From contig JAGLQR010000001.1 in the NCBI GenBank assembly GCA_023136725.1, forward strand, positions 1-31,449: a stretch of 31,449 bases of DNA. Direction: 5' to 3'. The notes beneath the pieces are model-generated. The model did no database searches and had not been told where the DNA came from. It was given only the letters and a program-made list of their open reading frames with translations. Below, piece after piece: positions 18,648-26,366 of this stretch; the stretch's first letter is position 1, and each line of letters begins with the position of its first letter. The stretch is from Candidatus Aminicenantes bacterium (GTDB lineage Bacteria > Acidobacteriota > Aminicenantia > UBA2199). Made by a program: the position numbers and the translations under genes.

Positions 18648-18656
18648 ATTATAGCA
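18648..18656 (-). promoter_or_regulatory. Extended -10 promoter for hypothetical-citDE-citF
   Basis: Minus strand TGcTATAAT (18656-18648), about 32 nt upstream of ATG 18615. Confidence 0.55.
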
Positions 18657-18730
18657 CAAATGAACATCGCGTTAAACATAAAATCGACTTAATAATAAAG
18701 GTTGCTCACCTTTAGTAATTCTTTTCTTAT

Positions 18731-18759
18731 TTGACTTTTATTCCATTCATAAATATAAT
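18731..18759 (+). promoter_or_regulatory. Sigma70-type promoter for the phoH operon
   Basis: TTGACT (18731-18736), 17 nt, TATAAT (18754-18759). ATG at 18783 has no SD. Confidence 0.7.
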
Positions 18760-18782
18760 CCATTACTAGATAAACTCATATT

Positions 18783-19724
18783 ATGGAAGAGATAACACTC
18801 CAGATCGGGAAATCCGATAATTTGTTTGCCCTGCTTGATAAAAATCAATCCAGAATTGAAAAGATCTTCAATATTACAATATCTCGCAGAGGTGATAAAT
18901 TAATGTTTGACGGAGATTTGAAATCCCGAAAACTCTTCAAAAAATTCTTCAGTTCATTACTTAAGGTTGCAGACGTTTCACCCTCTTTCAACGGTAATGA
19001 TTTTAAGATAAGCCTTAATATGGTCAAGGATGGAAACATTAAACTCATTGAAACAGAACTCCTCCAATCTCAAAAAATAGTTTTAAACGGCAAAAGCGTA
19101 TTCCCGAAAACTTTTAACCAGAAAACATATATCAAAGCAGCTTTTGAGCATGACCTTACTTTTGCAATCGGTCCTGCCGGAACCGGAAAAACCTTCTTAG
19201 CAGTTGCCATTGCACTTCACCACCTCTTAAGTAGAAAACTTGAACGGATAGTTCTTACCAGGCCTGTAGTTGAGGCTGGTGAAAATCTAGGGTTTCTTCC
19301 CGGAGATATACAGCAGAAAGTAAATCCATATTTCAGGCCATTGTATGATTCACTATACTACCTTATCGGGTTTGAAAAAACCTCAGAACTGATCGAAAAA
19401 GAGATAATCGAAGTTGCACCTCTTGCATATATGAGGGGGAGAACAATAAATGATGCATTCATCATCCTTGATGAGGGCCAGAATACAACAAATTCTCAAA
19501 TGCAAATGTTTTTAACAAGATTCGGATCCAATTCCAGAGTAATTGTTACAGCAGATATTACACAAATTGATCTGCAGGATAGAAAAAATTCCGGTATTTT
19601 CAGGGCAAAAAGGATCCTTGAAAATATTGATGGTATTAAAATGATCAACTTGAAAGAAAAGGATGTAGTTCGTCACGATCTGGTCAGAAAGATCATCAAA
19701 GCATATGAAAGAGAAAAAGAATGA
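18783..19724 (+). CDS. phoH: PhoH-family ATPase
   Basis: PKTFNQ..Y, GPAGTGKTFLAVA, LTRPVVEAGENLGFLPGD, PLAYMRGRT, ILDEGQNTT and VVRHDLV. Confidence 0.95.
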   Translation: MEEITLQIGKSDNLFALLDKNQSRIEKIFNITISRRGDKLMFDGDLKSRKLFKKFFSSLLKVADVSPSFNGNDFKISLNMVKDGNIKLIETELLQSQKIVLNGKSVFPKTFNQKTYIKAAFEHDLTFAIGPAGTGKTFLAVAIALHHLLSRKLERIVLTRPVVEAGENLGFLPGDIQQKVNPYFRPLYDSLYYLIGFEKTSELIEKEIIEVAPLAYMRGRTINDAFIILDEGQNTTNSQMQMFLTRFGSNSRVIVTADITQIDLQDRKNSGIFRAKRILENIDGIKMINLKEKDVVRHDLVRKIIKAYEREKE

Positions 19725-22015
19725 AATTTGAATTAAGTATCATAAAAAACCAACTTACATCAACGGGAGATCATCTGAAAAAAGGTTCTGTTTTCCAGTT
19801 ACTCTCAGGGTTCTTCCTTCTTGTTCTTCTCTCATACATTTTATATATCCCTACTCAAAAATCTATAGAGAACCCGAGATTATCGGAAGGCGATATTATT
19901 CAAAATGATATTGTAATCAGAGAAGACCTTACCATCGTTGACGAAGAGCAGACAAAATTTAACAGGGAATCTGCTATCGAAGAAATTATGCCTGTCTATC
20001 AATTTCTTCCTGATCATAAAGAGAATCGTACTGAGCTTATCAATAACTGGATTGATTATCTCAGATCTGCCAGAAAACAATTCCTGAAAAACAAGAATGT
20101 CTTAAAGAGTATTAAAAATTCCATTGAGGAAAAGTTCGGAATAACTTTGACTGAATCAAACATTGCTCAAATCCTAAGATCAAATATCCATTCCAGGATT
20201 GACATGGAAAAATTTCTTGGTTTTCTTGACACAACAGACAGATTGGGCGTTGTCTCGTCAAAAGCCGGTACACGGAAAAGCAAAGATGGCACAATTAAGA
20301 TGATTTTACAGTCCGGCGTTTCACGCATTCAGAGAGTTTCCGAACTTTTAGATCTTAATGAGCTCAAAGGAAGAGTGAAGAACTATTTTCAATATGAGCA
20401 GAGCTTCAATTCAAAAGAATCAACCTTACTCTCTTCAATTCTTATTGAGTTCATAAATGCAAATCTCACTTTTTCTTCAATTCTTACCAGCAAAGAAGAA
20501 AACCTGACCCTCTCAAAGATCAATCCCGTTGTCATCAAATTAAAGAAAGGGAGGGTAATTCTCCGGAAAGGTGATGAATTAAAAAATGATGACCTTAAAA
20601 TAATAAATCTTATCTATGAAGAAGAGAAAGAGAGAGGAAGAAAAATACCTCTATTTTTTCTGATATTTTTCACATTAGGGCCTGTACTGATTTTTGTAAC
20701 CAAACTATTTATTTCCTGGGAATCCAAAGGAATAAATGGCCAGAAACTTATTTCAATATCACTTATAACTTTATTGCTTAGTGCGCTTGTATACAGAGTA
20801 CTTCTATTTATAATTCCTGTTATTCTTAAAGAGATCCCGAATACTTTCAGTATTGAAAGCAACATTATCTATTATTCAATCCCGTTTACCTTTGGACCTC
20901 TTATTATTGCTTTCATTTTTAATATTCAGAGTGCAGTCATTTTTTCTTTCATTAACTCTATTTCCGGAGCAATTCTTGGTGAATGGGATCTTACACTTTT
21001 TCTTTACATTCTGATCGGCAGTTTAACTGTGAGTTTCGGAATTGAGTATTATCAGAGGCTTAAAAGATCTCCGATTCTGAAAGTCTGCATCCTCTGGCTA
21101 TTTCCTGTCAATCTTCTTTTCCTTATTTTATTCAATTTCACAGCAAGTATATCTGATCCGATGCAATTACTTGTTTTTGCAGGGATTGCTTCTTTTTCTG
21201 CAATTATGGCGCCAATACTTGCCGGTTTTATAATACCTTTATGGGAAATGCTTTTTAATCTGCTTACAGAGCTTAAACTTGTCGAATTAACCAATTTGAA
21301 TCTTCCAATCTTCAGAGAAATGCTCGAGAAAGCTCCGGGCACTTACCACCACTCTCAGATGGTTTCTTCCCTGTCTGAGGCCGCTGCGCTTGATTTGAAG
21401 CTTTCTCCGCTACTTCTGAATGCAATGGCACTTTATCACGATATCGGCAAAATTGATAATCCTCAGATTTTTACAGAAAATCATGCTATTTATAAGAATC
21501 CACACAACAATCTAACTCCCAAAGATAGTGCAAAAATTATTATTTCTCATATCCAGAATGGACTTGCAAGAGCAAAGGAACTTAAATTATCTGAAAGTAT
21601 TTCCTCAGCTATAACTCAACATCATGGCACAAAACTCGTAAGATTTTTTTATGATAAAGCAGTTTCCAATTCTTCAGGAAATCAGGATGAGGTAGACAGC
21701 AACCTTTTCAGATACCCCGGAGAAAAACCGATCAACATAGAAAATGCTATTGTTATGCTTGCTGATCAGGTAGAGGCTGCTTCTAAAAGTCTCTCTTCTC
21801 CAAATGAGGAAGAGATAAGAAATGTTGTGCAAAAAATTATTGATTCAAATATAGAAGAGAAACAATTTGATAATTGCGAAGGACTGACCTTTAAGGCTCT
21901 GAATACTATCGGAAATGCTTTTCTGAAAAAGCTCTCATCTATTTACCATATGAGGATCTCATATCCGGGTTTTGAATTTAAAGAGGATGCTGAAAATGAT
22001 CAGAATAGTAAATGA
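19721..22015 (+). CDS. pgpH: 7TM-HD phosphohydrolase (PgpH-like; 7TMR-HDED + 7TM + HD)
   Basis: N-terminal TM segment, large extracytoplasmic domain and about 7 TM segments. HD domain with APGTYHHS, YHDIGK, QHHGT, FRYPG and MLADQVEAAS. Canonical phoH-HD-ybeY context. Confidence 0.85.
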   Translation: MKFELSIIKNQLTSTGDHLKKGSVFQLLSGFFLLVLLSYILYIPTQKSIENPRLSEGDIIQNDIVIREDLTIVDEEQTKFNRESAIEEIMPVYQFLPDHKENRTELINNWIDYLRSARKQFLKNKNVLKSIKNSIEEKFGITLTESNIAQILRSNIHSRIDMEKFLGFLDTTDRLGVVSSKAGTRKSKDGTIKMILQSGVSRIQRVSELLDLNELKGRVKNYFQYEQSFNSKESTLLSSILIEFINANLTFSSILTSKEENLTLSKINPVVIKLKKGRVILRKGDELKNDDLKIINLIYEEEKERGRKIPLFFLIFFTLGPVLIFVTKLFISWESKGINGQKLISISLITLLLSALVYRVLLFIIPVILKEIPNTFSIESNIIYYSIPFTFGPLIIAFIFNIQSAVIFSFINSISGAILGEWDLTLFLYILIGSLTVSFGIEYYQRLKRSPILKVCILWLFPVNLLFLILFNFTASISDPMQLLVFAGIASFSAIMAPILAGFIIPLWEMLFNLLTELKLVELTNLNLPIFREMLEKAPGTYHHSQMVSSLSEAAALDLKLSPLLLNAMALYHDIGKIDNPQIFTENHAIYKNPHNNLTPKDSAKIIISHIQNGLARAKELKLSESISSAITQHHGTKLVRFFYDKAVSNSSGNQDEVDSNLFRYPGEKPINIENAIVMLADQVEAASKSLSSPNEEEIRNVVQKIIDSNIEEKQFDNCEGLTFKALNTIGNAFLKKLSSIYHMRISYPGFEFKEDAENDQNSK

Positions 22016-22406
22016 TAGCGACATAATTGAAACTGAATTCTTTATTGAAAAATTTGAAAAGATTGCAGATGATCTTGAAATGGATGGAGATATTACAATA
22101 AAATTAAGTGACAGAGATGAATCCAGGAAATTAAATCTGAAATATAGAAAAAAAGACTACCCTACCGATGTTCTCAGTTTCCCTATCAATGAGCAATTCC
22201 CCGATTCATACTACATCGGAGATATCCTTGTCTGTTACCCTTTAGCAGAAGAACAGGCTGAAGAAAATAATATTTCGGTAAAAAAAGAGCTATTCACACT
22301 TATCTGCCACGGCCTCCTCCACCTTGCAGGATACGATCATGAAACTGACTCTGGTGATATGCTTAATCTTCAGGATCAAATCATTAATAGATATTATCAC
22401 GAATGA
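21996..22406 (+). CDS. ybeY: rRNA maturation endoribonuclease YbeY
   Basis: LN..YRKKDYPTDVLSFP, GDILVC and HGLLHLAGYDH (H3xH5xH). Start moved to ATG 21996 (AAGAGGA 8 nt upstream). Confidence 0.93.
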   Translation: MIRIVNDSDIIETEFFIEKFEKIADDLEMDGDITIKLSDRDESRKLNLKYRKKDYPTDVLSFPINEQFPDSYYIGDILVCYPLAEEQAEENNISVKKELFTLICHGLLHLAGYDHETDSGDMLNLQDQIINRYYHE

Positions 22407-23203
22407 TACTGGAATTCGGGACAGCTGGATGGAGTTATAAGGACTGGACGGGTACAGTATATCCTGAAAAGATACCTTCGGGTTTTAATCATTTGAATTT
22501 TATCGCCAGTCAATTCGACTTTGTAGAAGTAAATACTACTTTTTACAGGATCCCGGACCAAAAACTGGTTAAGGGCTGGATATACAAAACTTCCGGTTTG
22601 GATAATTTTAAATTCTGGATCAAATTAAACCAGATTTTCACTCATAACAGAAAGTATTCTGAATCTGATGTTCAAGATTTCGAATATTCCATATCTCCCC
22701 TGGAAGATGCAGGGAAAATGGGCGGACTTCTTATCCAATTCCCATACTCCTTTAAATTAACAGATCAAAACCTTGAATATTTGCTTCGATTATCTGACAA
22801 ATTCACCAATTTTATCAAAGCTGTTGAATTCAGGCATAACAGCTGGATGAATAGTGAACTGTTTGATCTTTTCGAACAGAAAGGGCTTGTCTGGGTAAAT
22901 ATTGATCAACCGGTAATTTCACAGTCTATTCCTACCACATCCATTGTTACAAACAGAGAGATTTCATATTTCAGGCTTCATGGAAGAAATTACAAGTCAT
23001 GGTTCAGCAATGAAGGGAGAGATGAACGTTATAATTATTTATATTCCCAAAATGAACTTATTGAAATATCTGAACATATCAAAACAGCAGCTGGAAATGC
23101 AAAAAAAATTGTTATTTCCGGAAATAATCATTATAAAGGTGCAGCTGTAAAGAATCTTATCCAATTGAAGAAAATATTGACAGGAAATAAGATATCGGGG
23201 TGA
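22403..23203 (+). CDS. DUF72 (YecE-like) TIM-barrel protein
   Basis: GTAGWSY..W, VEVNTTFYR, LLIQFPYSF, VEFRHNSW, YFRLHG, YNYLYS..EL and NNHYKGAA. Confidence 0.88.
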   Translation: MILEFGTAGWSYKDWTGTVYPEKIPSGFNHLNFIASQFDFVEVNTTFYRIPDQKLVKGWIYKTSGLDNFKFWIKLNQIFTHNRKYSESDVQDFEYSISPLEDAGKMGGLLIQFPYSFKLTDQNLEYLLRLSDKFTNFIKAVEFRHNSWMNSELFDLFEQKGLVWVNIDQPVISQSIPTTSIVTNREISYFRLHGRNYKSWFSNEGRDERYNYLYSQNELIEISEHIKTAAGNAKKIVISGNNHYKGAAVKNLIQLKKILTGNKISG

Positions 23204-23268
23204 GAGGATTCGAACCTCCGACCTCACGATCCCGAACCGTGCGCGCTACCAGCCTGCGCTACACCCCG
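23195..23268 (-). tRNA. tRNA-Pro, anticodon CGG, CCA not encoded
   Basis: Reverse complement CGGGGTG TA GCGCAGGCTGGTAGCGC G CACGG TTCGGGA TCGTG AGGTC GGAGG TTCGAAT CCTCT CACCCCG A forms a full cloverleaf. It has the C1:G72 and A73 identity of tRNA-Pro and is followed by TAT rather than CCA. Confidence 0.97.
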
Positions 23269-23276
23269 AATTTATG

Positions 23277-23285
23277 ATTTTATCA
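23277..23285 (-). promoter_or_regulatory. Extended -10 promoter for tRNA-Pro
   Basis: Minus strand TGaTAAAAT, 8 nt upstream of tRNA base 1. Confidence 0.5.
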
Positions 23286-23317
23286 CAATTTCTGAAAAGG
23301 TAAAGACGGAATTGAAA

Positions 23318-25081
23318 TTATTTCTGATATTTTAACGATAACCACAGCCACCGCCCGGGAATCCTGACTCCAGGTATCTCTTCAATTACAGAGTTAAATA
23401 AATTATCAGCATGAATAGAAAAACTGAGTCCCTTTAATTGCATGTTTAAATTTATATCGAGAAGAGAGGCTTTTTCCCCGGTTTCATATATCTGCTTATA
23501 AATATACTTTGCTGAAAAGTTCAGATTTTCAGTAAGCCTTTGCATATAAATAAAATTCAGTTTGAATTCAGGGAAACGGAATCCGTATTTGGATATGAAA
23601 TTTTGATTGTTCCCTGTAACAAATATCTTCTCGAGAATTGCTTTGAACTTAGCACTATCTAAAATAAACTCTGACATTAATTCATAACCTGAGACATCAT
23701 TTTTTTCCACATTAGCAGCCCTCCATGTGGATTCATCAAAAGCTCTTATCCAATCGATCATATGATCCTGTTTTCTGTAGAAACCTGAAATTGATATATT
23801 GAAATTTTTGAAATGCCGTAGGAATGAGATCTCGAAATTACTGCTATTCTCCGGCTGAAGATCCGGATCGCCTTTATTTGCAGGTGAATTATAAAACATC
23901 TCTGTAAAAGAAGGATATCTTACAGCTTTACCTATATTAAAACGGAGTGTATCCCGGTTGTTGAATATCCGGTAAACTCCTGCATAATATGTGAAATAGC
24001 TCTTATGTTCGGTACTATAATTAATCCTTGCACCCAGATCCAATCCCCAAACGGGTTTTTTCAATCCTCCTGCAAAATATATTCCGCTTCTACTCTGATT
24101 CTGATATCCCATTGTTGAGCTGTCCATATTCATCACTTCAAGATCCGCACCACCTGAAAATAATAGAATCCCTGATCTTATAGTATTATGAACTTTCAAA
24201 TAAGTATGATTTGTAGTTGATTCTGAACTGAAAAAATCATGGTTATATCTGTCAAGAACAAAGATGTCTTTATGAATTGTGTGAGAAAAAGAGATACGAT
24301 GAAGTATTTTCCCTTTTGTATGTAAATTGAAATGAAAATTGCCCGATTCAATGTTTTCAAATGAAGGATATGGTGCATAAAAATCCTTTGCACCAAATGC
24401 TTTCTTCAAATATCCAAAATTTAATTTCCCGCCGATTTTACTATTACTAAAGGAAATATATGTTCTTAAATTAAGATTATCAAATTCCTGTCCTTCATAG
24501 TAACCCGTTGATGAACTATCTTCAGCAGAAAAACCAAAACTCAGTTTTTTATATTTACTGCCTGCACCTAATGAAAAATGTGATAGAGAATTTTCGCCAC
24601 CTGTAATTCCCATTTGGTAACCGGACCTCTCTTTAAGCACAATGTTAATGATTCCGGCAAATCCATTTGATCCGTGAAATACTGAATTTGCTCCCTGTGA
24701 AACTTCAATTCTCTCAATATCGCCTACTGCAAAAGTAAGATCAGTATTAAAGTGACCGGTTTGTCCATTGTTTACAGGAATACCATTAACCATTAAAAGA
24801 ATCTGCTCGAAATTACTACCTCTCATTGTAAGATCAAACGATGTCATTCCCGGACCACGTCTGTTCACGTCAACACTGGAAATAATTTTAAATAAATCAG
24901 AAATTTCAATAATACCCAGATTTTTTATTTCTTCCGAGTCTATTATGATCATTTTTTTTGATAACATGTCCTCAGTACGGATCGATCCCTCGATTGTAAG
25001 CTCTTCCACGACTTCCGGGAATAATACCAGTGAAAATAAGCTGAAGAACAAATAAATAGTTATACGAATTATCCTTTTCAT
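23318..25081 (-). CDS. TonB-dependent outer-membrane receptor (small, plug + barrel)
   Basis: Signal peptide and TonB-box-like EELTIEG. Plug motifs RGSNFEQILLMVNGIP, IERIEVSQGANSVFHGS..GIINIV. Barrel motifs RYPSFTEMFY, NPDL-like DPDLQPE, IHADNLFN and PGRW. Substrate unknown. Confidence 0.9.
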   Translation of the reverse strand: MKRIIRITIYLFFSLFSLVLFPEVVEELTIEGSIRTEDMLSKKMIIIDSEEIKNLGIIEISDLFKIISSVDVNRRGPGMTSFDLTMRGSNFEQILLMVNGIPVNNGQTGHFNTDLTFAVGDIERIEVSQGANSVFHGSNGFAGIINIVLKERSGYQMGITGGENSLSHFSLGAGSKYKKLSFGFSAEDSSSTGYYEGQEFDNLNLRTYISFSNSKIGGKLNFGYLKKAFGAKDFYAPYPSFENIESGNFHFNLHTKGKILHRISFSHTIHKDIFVLDRYNHDFFSSESTTNHTYLKVHNTIRSGILLFSGGADLEVMNMDSSTMGYQNQSRSGIYFAGGLKKPVWGLDLGARINYSTEHKSYFTYYAGVYRIFNNRDTLRFNIGKAVRYPSFTEMFYNSPANKGDPDLQPENSSNFEISFLRHFKNFNISISGFYRKQDHMIDWIRAFDESTWRAANVEKNDVSGYELMSEFILDSAKFKAILEKIFVTGNNQNFISKYGFRFPEFKLNFIYMQRLTENLNFSAKYIYKQIYETGEKASLLDINLNMQLKGLSFSIHADNLFNSVIEEIPGVRIPGRWLWLSLKYQK

Positions 25082-25093
25082 TTATAGTTTGTT

Positions 25094-25122
25094 ATTTTAT
25101 CAACACTTTGTTCTAAGAGCAA
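25094..25122 (-). promoter_or_regulatory. Sigma70-type promoter for the TonB-dependent receptor
   Basis: Minus strand TTGCTC (25122-25117), 17 nt ending in TGA, TAAAAT (25099-25094), 12 nt, ATG 25081. No SD. Confidence 0.5.
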
Positions 25123-25133
25123 TATTATTATCA

Positions 25134-25158
25134 GGAACATTTTTTATTTTCAGACGTA
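25134..25158 (+). promoter_or_regulatory. ECF sigma factor-type promoter upstream of the PspC-domain gene
   Basis: GGAAC (25134-25138), 16 nt with a T-rich spacer, CGTA (25155-25158). Matches the general ECF AAC-N16-CGT(A) pattern. SD GAGGG, then ATG 25177. Confidence 0.6.
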
Positions 25159-25176
25159 GAACTATTAGAGGGAAAA

Positions 25177-25599
25177 ATGAAAAAATTATATAAAAGCAGG
25201 GAAAATAAGGTTATTGACGGAGTTTGCGGCGGTATAGCAGAATATTTTGATGTAGATCCGGTTTTAATAAGAATAATCTTTGTTCTTTTTTTCTTCTTTG
25301 GCGGATCAGCAATTCTTGCCTACATTATCGGGATCGTTATCATGCCGGCAAAACCTTCAGTTAGTAAAGTGGGGCTTGAATCCAAGAAAAATGACACTGC
25401 ATCTGCACCATCAAACAAGAACACATTATTAATAGGATTTATATTTATTGTTATCGGAGTTTTTTTCCTTATGGGGAATATTCCGTTCTTTAATATTTAT
25501 TACTATTGGATAAAAAGTCATTTCTGGGATATCCTTCTGCCCTCAATTCTTATTCTGATCGGTCTTTCGATCGTAATAAAGAGTTCAACAGAAAAATAG
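25177..25599 (+). CDS. pspC: PspC-domain envelope-stress membrane protein with a C-terminal LiaF-like TM hairpin
   Basis: KKLYKSRENKVIDGVCGGIAEYFDVDPVLIRI..AYII..IVMP is the PspC signature. Two further TM segments follow at the C-terminus. Confidence 0.88.
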   Translation: MKKLYKSRENKVIDGVCGGIAEYFDVDPVLIRIIFVLFFFFGGSAILAYIIGIVIMPAKPSVSKVGLESKKNDTASAPSNKNTLLIGFIFIVIGVFFLMGNIPFFNIYYYWIKSHFWDILLPSILILIGLSIVIKSSTEK

Positions 25600-25608
25600 A
25601 TCAGAACT

Positions 25609-26202
25609 TCAGATCTTTGAAAATACTGTTGAAATAACCTTGTATTTATAGGCTTCGTTATTGTAAAGATACCCGTTGTTATAAAGGTGAAGTGCTCTCA
25701 TTAAATCGCCTTTAGCAACCTTGAGATATCTCTTTAAAATTTGAATTCCGATGTCAATGTTGTAATCAATTTCAAATATTTTTTCAGAATCGATCTCAAA
25801 CTCATTTTTCCATACTTTATAATTTATCTGCATGAGTCCGTAAGCACCGGCTGATGAAACGGCAAACCTTTTGAAGTTACTTTCAATTTCGATCAGTCCC
25901 ATTATCAGATTAGGATCTACATCATATTCCAGGCTCTTCCGGAACACAACTTCGGTAATCTTTGCAAATGAAGGATATTTCTTTTTCAAAACTTCAGCTT
26001 TATACTTTAATTGAGGAATTAAAACCAAATCATTCTTTGCATTCTTCAATTCCAGTTCCATCTTGTTGATTTTCTGGTTTAAAACAATGATCTCAGATTT
26101 CTTCTCATTATTCTGTTTTGAAAGAAATACAACAGTAAGAAATAAAACCATTACATAAAAAATCCAGAATATATTTGTCAAATAGACTTTTTTTCTAAAC
26201 AT
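25609..26202 (-). CDS. Membrane-anchored lytic transglycosylase (SLT domain)
   Basis: N-terminal TM segment, coiled coil, then VDPNLIMGLIEIESNF (catalytic Glu), AVSSAGAYGLMQI, YNIDIG..IL and ALHLYN. Start moved to ATG 26202 (GGTGGAG upstream). Confidence 0.85.
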   Translation of the reverse strand: MFRKKVYLTNIFWIFYVMVLFLTVVFLSKQNNEKKSEIIVLNQKINKMELELKNAKNDLVLIPQLKYKAEVLKKKYPSFAKITEVVFRKSLEYDVDPNLIMGLIEIESNFKRFAVSSAGAYGLMQINYKVWKNEFEIDSEKIFEIDYNIDIGIQILKRYLKVAKGDLMRALHLYNNGYLYNNEAYKYKVISTVFSKI

Positions 26203-26226
26203 TTCTCCACCCCTATGGATAGTGTC

Positions 26227-26255
26227 ATGATAGCATAAAGACACTAGGTTGTCAA
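26227..26255 (-). promoter_or_regulatory. Sigma70-type promoter for the SLT gene
   Basis: Minus strand TTGACA (26255-26250), 17 nt ending in TGC, TATCAT (26232-26227). Confidence 0.65.
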
Positions 26256-26366
26256 CATTTTTTTCCTTTTTTATAATAAATTTAATTTCTGTTTAAATTA
26301 AATAAATACAGGATTGATTTTACATACGATTGACTATAAAATAAAAATTCACCTCGAAGGAGAAAT

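Noticed and set aside
18696-18714. TAAAGGT-N5-ACCTTTA inverted repeat in the hypothetical/phoH divergent region
   Set aside because: It does not overlap either predicted core promoter, matches no operator I know, and is within chance expectation.
23195-23268. tRNA-Pro as the attachment site of an integrated element
   Set aside because: No integrase, no second copy of the tRNA 3' end seen, flanking genes are housekeeping, and there is no obvious composition shift.
25082-25176. Cobalamin or other riboswitch upstream of the TonB receptor
   Set aside because: The gap is only 95 nt, very AT-rich and occupied by two promoters, with no aptamer-like structure. The receptor therefore cannot be called BtuB on this basis.
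26245-26366. ZTP/purine riboswitch or PurR box upstream of purH; TTTAATTT/AAATTAAA repeat at 26281-26302
   Set aside because: No conserved aptamer motif and almost no G/C. The repeat is pure A/T and expected by chance.
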